The position numbers and the translations under genes were made by a program. Below, in pieces: positions 51,108-61,459 of a stretch of DNA of 64,000 nt; position 1 is the first letter of the stretch, and each line of letters starts with the position of its first letter. A model generated the notes under the pieces. The model saw only the letters and a list, made by a program, of their open reading frames with translations, was not told the DNA's origin and did no database searches. This DNA comes from Candidatus Cloacimonadales bacterium (GTDB taxonomy: Bacteria; Cloacimonadota; Cloacimonadia; Cloacimonadales; JAIOQZ01). Where the stretch lies: contig CAXXTU010000002.1 in NCBI GenBank assembly GCA_963662655.2, positions 224,001 through 288,000 of the forward strand, in the 5' to 3' direction.

Positions 51108-52583
51108 ATGAAAATCAAGCATAAACTGAGGCTAAACATTTATCTGACGCTGTTCTTCGTCATCGTGGCGGGTTTTGTTATTTGGGGCGGAAACCGCGAG
51201 GCAGATCGCTTGGGAAAATTGTCTTTGGAGACATCCAACATTGTCAAATCCGTCACGGAACTGGAGACGTTGACCCATCAATACCTCCTGTATGTGGAGT
51301 CATCGCAGAAAAGTGTTTCCGAAACCCGGCAGCAGGATCAATGGCAGCACAAGTACAACTCGCTCATACAGCAGATCAATTCGACATCCTTCGTGGAGAA
51401 GGAGGAAGTTCGGATTTATAAGCAAGTCCAGATGAATATAGGGAAATTGCACAACCAGTACCGGAAGCTTCAGGCCGAGATCAAGCGCATGAGTAAACCG
51501 GACGCTCACAAGGAGATGACGAGGGAGAGAATCCAGAGTCTGTCGGATCAGATCCTCGTGTCCTCTCAGGAACTTGTGTCGTACGCCTTTGTTCTGCAGA
51601 ACATCGTGCGGGATAAAACGATATCGTCGCAAAAGAGAATAAACCTGTATATCTTCCTATTGAGCCTATTGCTCGTTCTCGTCATTGCGGTGGTGAATCA
51701 GTTCACCGCGACCAATGTTATTCGGGCGACGGATTATCTGATGAAGGATATCGATTATATCTCCAACGGTAACCTCGATTATCAGGTCGCCATACGTTCG
51801 AAGGACGAAATAGGCGTTCTTGCCGCAACAATCAACCGTATGACGGCTCGCTTGAAAAACCTGATCACGACCCGAGACGCGCTTGTTAAAGAGATTGACG
51901 AGCGTATGAAAATCGATGCAGCGCTCCAGGAATCGAACCAGACGCTCGAGACGATTCTTTCATCCTCTCCGATCGGGATCGCCATGATCCAGAATGAAGC
52001 GGTGCGATGGGCAAATTCGGGAATGAAGCAGATTTTCCAGTACGATGACGACGATCCTCTTACGGATATTCAGCTCCCAACGCTTTTTGTTTCCACGAGC
52101 GAGTACAAGCGTATTCAAGAATTGAAAAGAGAGATGCTGGCGAAGAATCTCCCTGTGGAGACGGACGCTCATTGCTGTCGCAGGGATGGAAGCAGCTTCC
52201 CGGGGCATTTGAAGATCAGCAACATCGATCAAGATTCGGATGTGGACCGGTTGATCATTACGCTTTCGGACGAATCCTGGCGGAAGATGGCCGAAGCGGA
52301 GAAGCTGATGAAGGAGAAACTCGAGGTGTCGCTTGAACTCGCGGGAGCGATTTGCCACGAGATGAATCAGCCGTTGCAGTATCTGAGCAGCGCCGTTGAG
52401 CTTCGACTGATGTCGGAGGCTACTGACAAGGGGAGTAATACTTTCGAGAAGATCAAGAGTCAGGTCGATCGACTCGGCGATATAACACGCAAACTTCAGA
52501 ATATCACACAGTACAAGACGCAGGACTACGTCGAAGGGAACAAAATCCTCGATCTGGATGGCTCTTCGAACCAGGAAGAATAA
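51108..52583 (+). CDS. Membrane sensor with HAMP, PAS and HisKA but no ATPase domain
   Basis: Two TM helices, SKDEIG HAMP, PAS, LAGAICHEMNQPL; the protein ends about 75 aa after the His. Confidence 0.82.
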   Translation: MKIKHKLRLNIYLTLFFVIVAGFVIWGGNREADRLGKLSLETSNIVKSVTELETLTHQYLLYVESSQKSVSETRQQDQWQHKYNSLIQQINSTSFVEKEEVRIYKQVQMNIGKLHNQYRKLQAEIKRMSKPDAHKEMTRERIQSLSDQILVSSQELVSYAFVLQNIVRDKTISSQKRINLYIFLLSLLLVLVIAVVNQFTATNVIRATDYLMKDIDYISNGNLDYQVAIRSKDEIGVLAATINRMTARLKNLITTRDALVKEIDERMKIDAALQESNQTLETILSSSPIGIAMIQNEAVRWANSGMKQIFQYDDDDPLTDIQLPTLFVSTSEYKRIQELKREMLAKNLPVETDAHCCRRDGSSFPGHLKISNIDQDSDVDRLIITLSDESWRKMAEAEKLMKEKLEVSLELAGAICHEMNQPLQYLSSAVELRLMSEATDKGSNTFEKIKSQVDRLGDITRKLQNITQYKTQDYVEGNKILDLDGSSNQEE

Positions 52584-52589
52584 GCATCG

Positions 52590-53321
52590 ATGAAGCGAAT
52601 TCTGATAACACTTCTTGTATTGGCGACATCCGTTTTATCCATCGCATCCGATAAAAAGCCTGCGCATCGGCTCGACGCGGATGGAAAGAATGTCAGCAAC
52701 GCTGTACTTGCCGCCGCTGCGGGGTCCATGCTTTTCATCATGCTACCGGGCTGGATGCTTGGCGATGAACTCTCCGATCGGTACGGGTATCAGGAGTATC
52801 CTTTTGCTGATGACGATGGCCTGAAAAAGGTGCGGGGCAAGGCCTGGGCTTTTCATTTCACCTTGAACGATCATGTCGGAAGCGATCTGGACAAGCATTT
52901 CGGTTTTACATTCCAGGGTGGATGGAAGCGGATTCTTCTGGAGACAGGATATCAGCGCGTCTCGCTGGATGAGGATGTCACCGGCAGCGAGTGGCGGGTG
53001 ATGCCGTCTTTTATATTCGCGCACAACGAGTATCTCGAATTCCGGCTTTGTGCCGGAGCGTCGGTTTATTCTGAGGATTTCGAGGGAACGTCCATCGATA
53101 TTGCCTATAAAGTAAGCGGATACGGGAAGCCTATGTATTTCCGCGTGAGCGCTGAGGATCGATTTTATCGCAACGACGGTGAGGATGAACAATTCTGGAT
53201 TGTTGAGGCGGAATGCGGGTATGTATGGAACCGATTCGAGGTCGGAGCTGGGTATGAGTACCGGGATTTCTTCAATGAGTACCGGAATATCTGGCGAATG
53301 AGAATGGGCTACTGGTTTTAA
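52590..53321 (+). CDS. Hypothetical protein, probable outer-membrane beta-barrel
   Basis: Signal peptide, amphipathic beta strands, C-terminal MGYWF. Confidence 0.65.
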   Translation: MKRILITLLVLATSVLSIASDKKPAHRLDADGKNVSNAVLAAAAGSMLFIMLPGWMLGDELSDRYGYQEYPFADDDGLKKVRGKAWAFHFTLNDHVGSDLDKHFGFTFQGGWKRILLETGYQRVSLDEDVTGSEWRVMPSFIFAHNEYLEFRLCAGASVYSEDFEGTSIDIAYKVSGYGKPMYFRVSAEDRFYRNDGEDEQFWIVEAECGYVWNRFEVGAGYEYRDFFNEYRNIWRMRMGYWF

Positions 53322-53340
53322 TGGCGTCCGCTGGCATACC

Positions 53341-53466
53341 GGCGCGGCATCTTCGCCCGATCTCCCTTTTCAACGTGGATATACCACATCATTGGGACTA
53401 TCGAGCGCAATAAAACGATGTGGAACACCACGTTGAAAAGGGAGATCGAACGAATCTACTCCCGCC
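53341..53466 (-). repeat. Long-hairpin intergenic element, copy 3
   Basis: GGCATCTTCGCCCGATCTCCCTTTTCAACGTGGATATACCAC ... GTGGAACACCACGTTGAAAAGGGAGATCGAACGAATCT. Confidence 0.85.
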
Positions 53467-53482
53467 TCTCAACGAATTGCAA

Positions 53483-54820
53483 TCAACTTCTACGCACCCA
53501 CTTTCCCCAGGCTGAGGGGATTTCATCCGGGTTGTCACAATCATACACCGTTTGGCCCCTCACGATAGTCTTTACGATGCTTGCGGAGAATCGTCGATTG
53601 TGGAAAGGACTGTACTTCCCTTTTGAGCGCAGTCGCGACTCGCTGAAGGCGGCATTCCTGCTTATATCGATGATGGTGAAATCCGCGTCGGAGCCTGGTT
53701 GCAGACTTCCTTTACGTGGGTACAGGCCGTGCCTTCTGGCGGGGTTGGCCGAGAGGAGATCGGAGATTTTCTGCAGCGGGATTCCGCGGCGGACGTGGAA
53801 CTCGGAGATGATATAAGGTACCAACGTTTGGGTGCCTGGAATTCCGCAGTAGACTTCCTGGAAGTCGGGCAGGTTCTTGCCGGTTTCCCAATCGACTCCC
53901 GCATGGTCGGTCGTGACGTAATCCACGGTGCCGTTTCCGATTGCCTGGCGCAGGGATGCGCGATCTTCGGCGAATTTCACCGGCGGCACTGTCTTGAGCT
54001 TCCCTTTAAGCGTGGCGTAATCGTCCCAAGTGAATTCGAGGTAGTGCGGGCAGGTCTCGAATGTGACGTTCCTGCCGTCGTTTCGCGCCTGGATGATCAG
54101 GTTTGCAGCCTTCTTCGAGCTGATGTGTACGAAGTGAATGCGGTTGTCTCGCTGGATGTCGAGGATGCGTTTGACGGCCTCGACTTCTGCCTCGACGCTG
54201 CGAATGCGGGGAAAACTTCTCCAATCGGCAGGGTTGAGAGTTGATGACTTGATGACATTCGGGTCCTCCGCGTGGAAAGCGAAGAGGATGTCCGTGCCGT
54301 CGAAGGTCTTGAACAACTGCTCGATGCGTTCGTAAGGTAGAGCCTGGAAGGTCTCCATGCCGGAAATCGTGTAGACTTTGAATCCGGTGATACCCCGGTT
54401 CCAAAGCTTCTCGATGCGCTCCTCCGAGAAGTTATCGTTGCCTCGAATTCCTCCCCAAAGGGCGAAATCGACGACAGCTTTTTCCTGAATTGCAGCGAGC
54501 TTGCTTTCCAGCGCGTGGACGTCCGTGATCGGTGGAAGGGATGTGCAGGGCATGTCGATGATCGTGGCGATCCCGCCTGCCGCCGCCGCCGCGGTTCCTG
54601 TAAAAAAGTCTTCGCGCCGGGTAAATCCCGGATCGTTGAAGTGGACGTGTGCGTCGATGCATCCGGGCAGGACAATGAAGCTGTTACCATCGACGATCTC
54701 GCTGAAATCGTCCGATGGTGGCATCTCATCGTGAATGCGACGGATGGTTTCGTCATAAGCGATATGCGCGACGCGGCTTCCCGAACCGTCCGGAATCCTG
54801 GCGTTGGTTAGCAGCTTCAT
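53483..54820 (-). CDS. Allantoinase/dihydroorotase-family cyclic amidohydrolase
   Basis: PGCIDAHVHFNDPG, IIDMP, FHAED, ETCPHYL, TDHA; in the xdh operon. Confidence 0.85.
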   Translation of the reverse strand: MKLLTNARIPDGSGSRVAHIAYDETIRRIHDEMPPSDDFSEIVDGNSFIVLPGCIDAHVHFNDPGFTRREDFFTGTAAAAAGGIATIIDMPCTSLPPITDVHALESKLAAIQEKAVVDFALWGGIRGNDNFSEERIEKLWNRGITGFKVYTISGMETFQALPYERIEQLFKTFDGTDILFAFHAEDPNVIKSSTLNPADWRSFPRIRSVEAEVEAVKRILDIQRDNRIHFVHISSKKAANLIIQARNDGRNVTFETCPHYLEFTWDDYATLKGKLKTVPPVKFAEDRASLRQAIGNGTVDYVTTDHAGVDWETGKNLPDFQEVYCGIPGTQTLVPYIISEFHVRRGIPLQKISDLLSANPARRHGLYPRKGSLQPGSDADFTIIDISRNAAFSESRLRSKGKYSPFHNRRFSASIVKTIVRGQTVYDCDNPDEIPSAWGKWVRRS

Positions 54821-55284
54821 TTTTCGGCCGAATCAGCGGCCGCGCTCACGGCGTCAACGATCTGCTTGTAACCGGTGCAGCGACAGAGATTGCCGGAAAT
54901 GGCTTCCCTGATCTGCGCCTCGGTCGGGTGGGGATTGCTGTCCAGAAGCGCTTTGGCAGACATCAGCATTCCGGGAGTGCAAAAACCGCACTGGACGGCG
55001 CCATGCTCCAGAAAAGCCTTCTGCAAGCGGCTCATCTCACCGTCCTGATCGAGACCTTCGACGGTCATGATGCTGCTGCCGTCAGCTTGAACCGCGAGTA
55101 CAAGGCAGGAATTGATCGCCTGTCCATCCATAATGACAGTGCAAGCCCCACATTCGCCGATTCCGCAGCCTTCCTTGGTCCCCGTGAGGCCGAGGTCTTC
55201 GCGAAGCAAGTCGAGGAGCCTGCGGTTGTCCGGAACGTCGAGGGTGTGGCTGAATCCGTTAACGATGATATTTATGGTCTTCAT
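54817..55284 (-). CDS. Xanthine dehydrogenase-family 2Fe-2S subunit
   Basis: GCGIGECGACTV, QCGFCTPG, GNLCRCTGY. Confidence 0.95.
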   Translation of the reverse strand: MKTINIIVNGFSHTLDVPDNRRLLDLLREDLGLTGTKEGCGIGECGACTVIMDGQAINSCLVLAVQADGSSIMTVEGLDQDGEMSRLQKAFLEHGAVQCGFCTPGMLMSAKALLDSNPHPTEAQIREAISGNLCRCTGYKQIVDAVSAAADSAEK

Positions 55285-58200
55285 TCTTTCGCTCCTTTCT
55301 GATCAAGCTCTCTGACGGCATCGTCCAGGATTCCAACAAAGGCCGGAATCTTGTACTCGGACGACCACCTTCCACCGATTTCGCGATCGAGGATTGCGTC
55401 CAGCGTTTCCCGCGCGGCGGGGGAGAGGCCGTTTGCGGCCTTCTGGCCAAGCATGGCTTGTTCGACTTCGGTCAATCGCCCGGGTTTGGAGAGCAGCGAG
55501 CCCTGAACGATGCGGCAATTCTCGATGACACCATCCGGACTCATTTTTGCGGCGACGCTTACGCTCATGCGCGTGATGTTCATTGCGTTGCGTCTGCCAA
55601 GCTGGTAGTAGCCCCAGGATTCGGAGGGATCGCCTGCGGGGAGATCGATGGATGCGAAAATTTCTCCGGGTCGAAGCGCTGTTTTATAGGCATGGAGAAT
55701 GAAATCGGAGGCCGGGATTTCTCGCGTGCCACTTCTCGAGGCGATGCGAATGACGGCATTATATAGTATGAGAGGTGGTGCTGAATCGGCGCAGGGAGCG
55801 GCATTCACCAGGTTCCCGGCGATCGTGGCCCGATTGCGTATTTGCCTGGCTCCAATGCGCGAGATCGCTTCCCTGAGAACCGGACATCGCCGCATCATCT
55901 CTTTGTGAGCGAGAAGTTCGGAGAACGTGACGCCGCCCCCGATGCGATAACCGCCATCCATCTCCTGAATAGTATGAAGCTCCTCGATGCGGCTGAGATC
56001 GATGAGTTGAGCCGGAGCGCCCGTGTTGCGGAGCTGTACCAGCAGATCGGTTCCGCCGGCGAGGTAGCGCGATTCTCCTTCCGGATTAAGGCGCAGGGCC
56101 TCTTCAATGGATCCGGGGCGAACGACGGTCATTTCGCCCAGGCGGAGTTTCTTGATGGCGACGCCGCTTTCGCTGCTTCGGTGCGGCTTGTGGAGCGGCT
56201 TGCCGATCAGGACTTTCTCGAGGTTGATCGGGATGGATTCGCTGGGCTTACCTGATGCGTGGGCGTAAGCGTTGTTTACGGCGGCCGCGGTAAGCTCTAG
56301 CGTTGGCTCTCCCAGCGATTTCGCGCCGAAAGGCCCGAAATCGTCGGGATTCTCGATGAATTCGGCGTCGATGGGCGGGACGTCCATAGCCGTCGGGATG
56401 AGGTATTCATCCAGATTCTGCGATTTCAGAACGCCTCGCTGGACGTTGTAGTCTTCCATCATGCCGTAGCCCATGCCTTGCGCAACGCCACCGTATATCT
56501 GGCCTTCCGCGCCGGTGCGATTGATGATTTTGCCTGCGTCGTGGACGGCTGTGATTTTGACAACTTCCAATTTTCCGGTGGATTTCTCGATGCGCACTTC
56601 GGCGACCTGGCATCCATAAACGTAAGTATTGTAGGCTTTTCCCTGTCCTGTATGATGATGCCATTCCGCGTCAGGCATGCGGTACCAGCCGTACGCGGAA
56701 AGGTGCGCGCCCGTGAAAGCGGCTTTGCGAGCGATATCCGCGATCTTAAGCGGTTCCTTCGCGCTATCGCCCCTGGCGTGGATGAGCCCATCGTACCAGA
56801 TGAGGTCGTCAACGCCTTCGACTCCGAAGTGGTCTTTCACGAAGGGGAACAGCCGACTCTTCACTTCCGCGGCGGCAACCTGCACTGCTTTTCCGCCCAT
56901 CAGGGTACCGCGAGAGGCGACGGTCGGTCCGCCGTCGGAGACGGTGCCGGTCTGAGGATCGAGGAAAACGATGTCTTCCAGCCGAATGCCGAGCTCCTGC
57001 GCGGCGATCATGCAGAAGGAGGTTTTGAGTCCCTGTCCGTTTTCGTTCTGGCCGCTGATCACGTACACCGAGCCGTCCGCCTGCATGGAGACGATCGCGG
57101 TCGACGCGTCCGATCCTTCCGCGCCGAGGGAGCAGCCACGATGGCTGACCGCAAGGCCGATGCCGTAGCGATACCGGTGGTTTTCCATATCGGCATACTG
57201 CTTGCGTTTGGCGTAGTAGTCGCTCTTTTCGATCGCGCGATCGAGGACTGAGAGTAGCGACACTTCATGGTTATCGAGGCATTGGCCTGAAGCTGTTTTC
57301 GAGCCCTGTTTGTATCCATTGAGCCTGCGCAACGCCACAGGGTCCATTCCGAGGGCAGCCGCGATTTCATCCATGAGGGTTTCCTGTGCGAAAACGATTT
57401 GCGGGGAGCCGAATCCGCGGTACGCGCCGGTGTAAACGTTATTGGTGTAGATTCCGCGAATATCCGTGTGGACATTGGGTATCTCGTAGGGGCCCGTCGC
57501 CTGAACCACGGAGCGCCAGTTGACGAAGAAGGTCTGGGACGAGTACGCGCCGGAGTCCGCCAGGATATCGATGTTCATGGCGTTGAGTTTTCCGTCGTTG
57601 TTGTACCCGACTTTATAGCGCAGGATATAGGGATGACGCTTGTAGCTTTCGCGGAAGGATTCTTCGCGTTTGTAGGTGAGTTTCACGGGAAGGCCGGTCA
57701 GTTTGGCGAGAAGCGCAACACGGCAGCACATGGCGTTAACGGTGTCGTCTTTGCCGCCGAAGCTGCCTCCCAGGACGGATGCATGCACGTTTACGCGGTT
57801 CATGGGAAGTCCCAGGTAACCGGCCACGACGCCACGCGTCGAGAATGGGTTTTGTATGGATCCGTAAACCTTTACACCGCCTGAGGTAACGTCTGGCTCT
57901 GCTGTCACCGATTCCGGCTCGATGTAGGCATGCTCATGATAGCCGGTGCGGTAGGTGCGCTCCATAACGTGATCGGAAGCGCTGAAGCCGGCTTCAACGT
58001 CGCCTTTACGAAGCGGGTAATGCACAACAACATTGCTTTCAAACTCGGGGTGAACCAGTCTGGCGCTGGGTTTCACGGCCTCTTCGATGTCGAAGATACC
58101 TTCGGTGGGTTCGTACTCCACGTCGATCGCCTCCGCGGCCGCTTGCGCTTGTTCTTTTGTGGTTGCTGCCACCACGGCGATGACGTCACCTTCGTAGTAA

Positions 58201-58466
58201 ATCCGGTCGTTGACCAGCGGATACTGGTCCTTGCGGATCGCGCCAATCAACTGGTTCCCGGTAACATGCTTGTATGTCGCGATGCTGACAACGCCGGGCA
58301 TTGCCTCTGCGTTCGCTGTGCCCAGTCGTGTGATTCTACCGCAGGTAATGTCCGCGAACCGGCAGGCTGCGTGGAGCATGCCGGGCAATTGAAGGTCGTC
58401 GCCGAACTTGGCTTGTCCCCTGACTTTCGCTTCGCCGTCGATTCGTTTAACTCGTTTGCCAACCAT
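55281..58466 (-). CDS. Xanthine dehydrogenase-family molybdopterin subunit fused to a C-terminal FAD-binding subunit
   Basis: GGSFGGK, AYRGFG, GAKSLGEP, then AGGTDL and IRNRATIAGN in the same ORF; start at MVGKRV. Confidence 0.92.
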   Translation of the reverse strand: MVGKRVKRIDGEAKVRGQAKFGDDLQLPGMLHAACRFADITCGRITRLGTANAEAMPGVVSIATYKHVTGNQLIGAIRKDQYPLVNDRIYYEGDVIAVVAATTKEQAQAAAEAIDVEYEPTEGIFDIEEAVKPSARLVHPEFESNVVVHYPLRKGDVEAGFSASDHVMERTYRTGYHEHAYIEPESVTAEPDVTSGGVKVYGSIQNPFSTRGVVAGYLGLPMNRVNVHASVLGGSFGGKDDTVNAMCCRVALLAKLTGLPVKLTYKREESFRESYKRHPYILRYKVGYNNDGKLNAMNIDILADSGAYSSQTFFVNWRSVVQATGPYEIPNVHTDIRGIYTNNVYTGAYRGFGSPQIVFAQETLMDEIAAALGMDPVALRRLNGYKQGSKTASGQCLDNHEVSLLSVLDRAIEKSDYYAKRKQYADMENHRYRYGIGLAVSHRGCSLGAEGSDASTAIVSMQADGSVYVISGQNENGQGLKTSFCMIAAQELGIRLEDIVFLDPQTGTVSDGGPTVASRGTLMGGKAVQVAAAEVKSRLFPFVKDHFGVEGVDDLIWYDGLIHARGDSAKEPLKIADIARKAAFTGAHLSAYGWYRMPDAEWHHHTGQGKAYNTYVYGCQVAEVRIEKSTGKLEVVKITAVHDAGKIINRTGAEGQIYGGVAQGMGYGMMEDYNVQRGVLKSQNLDEYLIPTAMDVPPIDAEFIENPDDFGPFGAKSLGEPTLELTAAAVNNAYAHASGKPSESIPINLEKVLIGKPLHKPHRSSESGVAIKKLRLGEMTVVRPGSIEEALRLNPEGESRYLAGGTDLLVQLRNTGAPAQLIDLSRIEELHTIQEMDGGYRIGGGVTFSELLAHKEMMRRCPVLREAISRIGARQIRNRATIAGNLVNAAPCADSAPPLILYNAVIRIASRSGTREIPASDFILHAYKTALRPGEIFASIDLPAGDPSESWGYYQLGRRNAMNITRMSVSVAAKMSPDGVIENCRIVQGSLLSKPGRLTEVEQAMLGQKAANGLSPAARETLDAILDREIGGRWSSEYKIPAFVGILDDAVRELDQKGAKE

Positions 58467-58591
58467 AAGATATCCTTTTGTATTGCTTTTCGCAAGATTG
58501 CGCCATTTACACGGGATTGTCAAGCAGAACAATGCTCGCTTGTGTATAGACTTCTTTGATGTGGAAGGTTAGCTGAGGCTGGAGGTACGTC

Positions 58592-59803
58592 TCATCTCCC
58601 CGCACGCCAGTCCCAGCCGGAGGGATTTTGGAAGATGCGGAGGTCGAACTCGGGGATGATGGCCAGCAGGTGATCGAAGATGTCGGCCTGGATGGATTCG
58701 TACATTGCCCACTCGGTGGTGGCAGTGAAAACGTATACCTGTAGCGGGATTCCCTGCGGGGTTGGCTCCAGATGCCGCACGAGGAAGGTCATGTCCTGCC
58801 GGATGGTGGAGAGGCTGTGCAGGTACGCCGCAATATATGCCCGGAAGGTGCCGAAATTGGTCATTCTGCGGCTGGTGGCGACAACACTGTCGTCCTTCTC
58901 GATGCTTTGGTTGAACGCCTCGATTTCCGCCCTCTTCTCCTCGATGTAACCCTTCAGCAAGCGAATCTGCGCAAGCTTCTCAATGTGCTCCTCATCCAGA
59001 AAGTGGACGCTGTTCATGTCGATGTTGAGCGACCGCATAATGCGCCGTCCGCCGGTCTCCACCATGCCCTGCCAGTTCTTGAACGATTCGTCCAGCAGTT
59101 TGTGCATGGGGATGGTGGTGATGGTCTTGTCCCAGTTGCGGATACGGATGGAGTGCAGCGCCATGTCGATCACCTCGCCGTCGGCGTTGTGCTGCGGGTA
59201 GCTTATCCAGTCCCCGATCTTGATCAGACCGTTTGAGGAAACCCTCACGCTGGCCACGAAGGATAGGATGGTGTCCTTGAAAACGAGGATCAGGACGGCG
59301 GTCATCGCGCCGAGGCCGCTCAGCAGGTAGATCGGCGATTTGTCGATGAGCACGCCCACGATGACGATGATCCCGAAGATAAAGAGGATCAGTTTGAAAA
59401 TCTGTATGAACCCCTTGATGGGGCGCTCGCGGGAGACGGGAAGCTCTCCGTATATCTCTTCGATGGTGTTGAGCACGCCGTAAAAGGTTCCGATCCCGAT
59501 GACGAACATCAGCGAGACGCAAATCTTGTGCAGGAAAGCCTGAACGCCCGGAAACAGGTAGGCGAAGAACCACACCGTCAGGACGGGAACCACCAGGATC
59601 ATGCGCCGGAATACACGGTGCTTGCGGAGCGTGTCGTCCCAGTGGGTTTTCGTTTTCTGCACGACCTTGTCGATGATTTTCAGCAGGATGTGTCTTGCGA
59701 TGAGGTATAGAACCCACGAGAGGAGCAGAACCACGACAGCCGCTAGTAGTCGTGACGACCGAACGGAAATGTTGAGCCAGTCGCTGATGAGGTCGATTGT
59801 CAT
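58592..59803 (-). CDS. Mechanosensitive channel, MscS family (YbdG-like)
   Basis: GLGAMTAVLILVFKD, NWDKTITTIP, GGRRI.RS, YESIQADIFDHL. Confidence 0.92.
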   Translation of the reverse strand: MTIDLISDWLNISVRSSRLLAAVVVLLLSWVLYLIARHILLKIIDKVVQKTKTHWDDTLRKHRVFRRMILVVPVLTVWFFAYLFPGVQAFLHKICVSLMFVIGIGTFYGVLNTIEEIYGELPVSRERPIKGFIQIFKLILFIFGIIVIVGVLIDKSPIYLLSGLGAMTAVLILVFKDTILSFVASVRVSSNGLIKIGDWISYPQHNADGEVIDMALHSIRIRNWDKTITTIPMHKLLDESFKNWQGMVETGGRRIMRSLNIDMNSVHFLDEEHIEKLAQIRLLKGYIEEKRAEIEAFNQSIEKDDSVVATSRRMTNFGTFRAYIAAYLHSLSTIRQDMTFLVRHLEPTPQGIPLQVYVFTATTEWAMYESIQADIFDHLLAIIPEFDLRIFQNPSGWDWRAGR

Positions 59804-59824
59804 GGTTCCTCCCCGGATTTGTGA

Positions 59825-61432
59825 TTATTCTTTGGTTTTCTTGTTCTTGAGAGCGGCGCCGATGAAGTCTCGGAAAATCGGCTGCGGCCTGTTGGGTCTC
59901 GACTTGAATTCCGGATGGAACTGAACGCCGATGTAGAAAGGATGCTCGGGGATCTCGACGATTTCGACGAGGAGGTCTTCCTTCGTGGTTCCGGTGATGT
60001 TCATACCGTTCTCGACGATCTTTCCGCGGTAGTCGTTGTTGAATTCGTAGCGGTGCCTGTGGCGCTCGGAAATGACGTCCTCTTTGTAGATGCTGTGCGC
60101 CAGAGTTCCGGGCTTGAGCTTGCAATCGTACGCGCCGAGACGCATGGTACCGCCCACGAGTTCCATGTACTTCTGGTCTTCCATCATGGAGATGACCGGA
60201 TGCTCACAGGTTTCGTCGAACTCGACACTGTATGCACCGGTAAGACCGCAAACGTTTTTCGAGAATTCGATGACCGCCACCTGCATGCCAAGGCAGATTC
60301 CGAAGTAGGGTATCTTGTTCTCGCGAGCGTATCTGGCGACGATGATCTTACCATCGATGCCGCGCACGCCAAAGCCGCCCGGCACAAGGATGCCGTCGAC
60401 TTCGCTCAGGGTCTTCTCCATCTCCGCGCGGTGGTTGGTCTTCTCTGTATCGACCCAGCAGAATTTCAGCTTGGTGCGGTGATGCGCCGCCGCGTGAATC
60501 AATGCTTGCTCCACGCTCTTGTAAGCGTCCTGGTGCTCCACGTATTTACCGCAGATCGCGATCGTCACTTCCTGCTCGGACTGGGTGAGGTTGTTGAGGA
60601 ATTGCTCCCAATCGCTCAGGTCAACAGGCTTCTCTTCCAGGTGCAGGCTCTTACATATAATGCTGTGCAGCCCCGCCTCGCAGTAAACGATAGGAACGCG
60701 GTAGATGTGGTCGACGTCGATCGCGTTGATCACATGCGATTTCGTCACGTTGGTGAAGAGCGCGATTTTTGACTTGATCTCGTCGTTGAAGCTCTCTTCG
60801 GAGCGGCACAGGAGGATGTCGGGCTGAATACCGATTTCGCGCAGCTTGTAGACGCTGTGCTGGGTCGGCTTGGTCTTCAGTTCACCGGCCGCTCTAACGT
60901 ACGGCACGTACGTGAGGAATGCGAACAAGCTGTTCTCCTGGCCCACGTCGAGGCGCAACTGACGAACCGCTTCCAGGAAGGGAAGGCTCTCGATGTCGCC
61001 CACGGTTCCGCCGATCTCAACGATGATGACGTCGTTCTCACCTTCCTGCTTGCGGATGTTGTGGATAATCTCGTTGGTCACGTGAGGGATCACTTGAACG
61101 GTCTTCCCGAGGTATGCGCCCCGGCGTTCCTTGTCGATCACCTTCTCGTAAATCTTTCCGGCGGTCGTGTTGGATGCCTGCGTGAGGCTCTGATCGATGA
61201 AACGCTCGTAGTGCCCCAGGTCCAGGTCTGTTTCAGCGCCGTCGTCCGTTACAAAGACCTCGCCGTGCTGGAAGGGACTCATCGTCCCCGGGTCCACGTT
61301 CAAATACGGATCCAGCTTGATCATCCCGACCTTGTAGCCCATTCGTTTCAGTAAGAACCCAATCGTTGCCGATGCGATTCCCTTGCCCAGCGACGATACA
61401 ACTCCGCCGATTACAAAAATATACTTTGTCAT
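59825..61432 (-). CDS. pyrG: CTP synthase
   Basis: GGVVSSLGKG, DPYLNVDPGTMSP, GICLGMQ, QFHPEF. Confidence 0.98.
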   Translation of the reverse strand: MTKYIFVIGGVVSSLGKGIASATIGFLLKRMGYKVGMIKLDPYLNVDPGTMSPFQHGEVFVTDDGAETDLDLGHYERFIDQSLTQASNTTAGKIYEKVIDKERRGAYLGKTVQVIPHVTNEIIHNIRKQEGENDVIIVEIGGTVGDIESLPFLEAVRQLRLDVGQENSLFAFLTYVPYVRAAGELKTKPTQHSVYKLREIGIQPDILLCRSEESFNDEIKSKIALFTNVTKSHVINAIDVDHIYRVPIVYCEAGLHSIICKSLHLEEKPVDLSDWEQFLNNLTQSEQEVTIAICGKYVEHQDAYKSVEQALIHAAAHHRTKLKFCWVDTEKTNHRAEMEKTLSEVDGILVPGGFGVRGIDGKIIVARYARENKIPYFGICLGMQVAVIEFSKNVCGLTGAYSVEFDETCEHPVISMMEDQKYMELVGGTMRLGAYDCKLKPGTLAHSIYKEDVISERHRHRYEFNNDYRGKIVENGMNITGTTKEDLLVEIVEIPEHPFYIGVQFHPEFKSRPNRPQPIFRDFIGAALKNKKTKE

Positions 61433-61459
61433 TTCCCATCCCCTTTATATAATAATATG

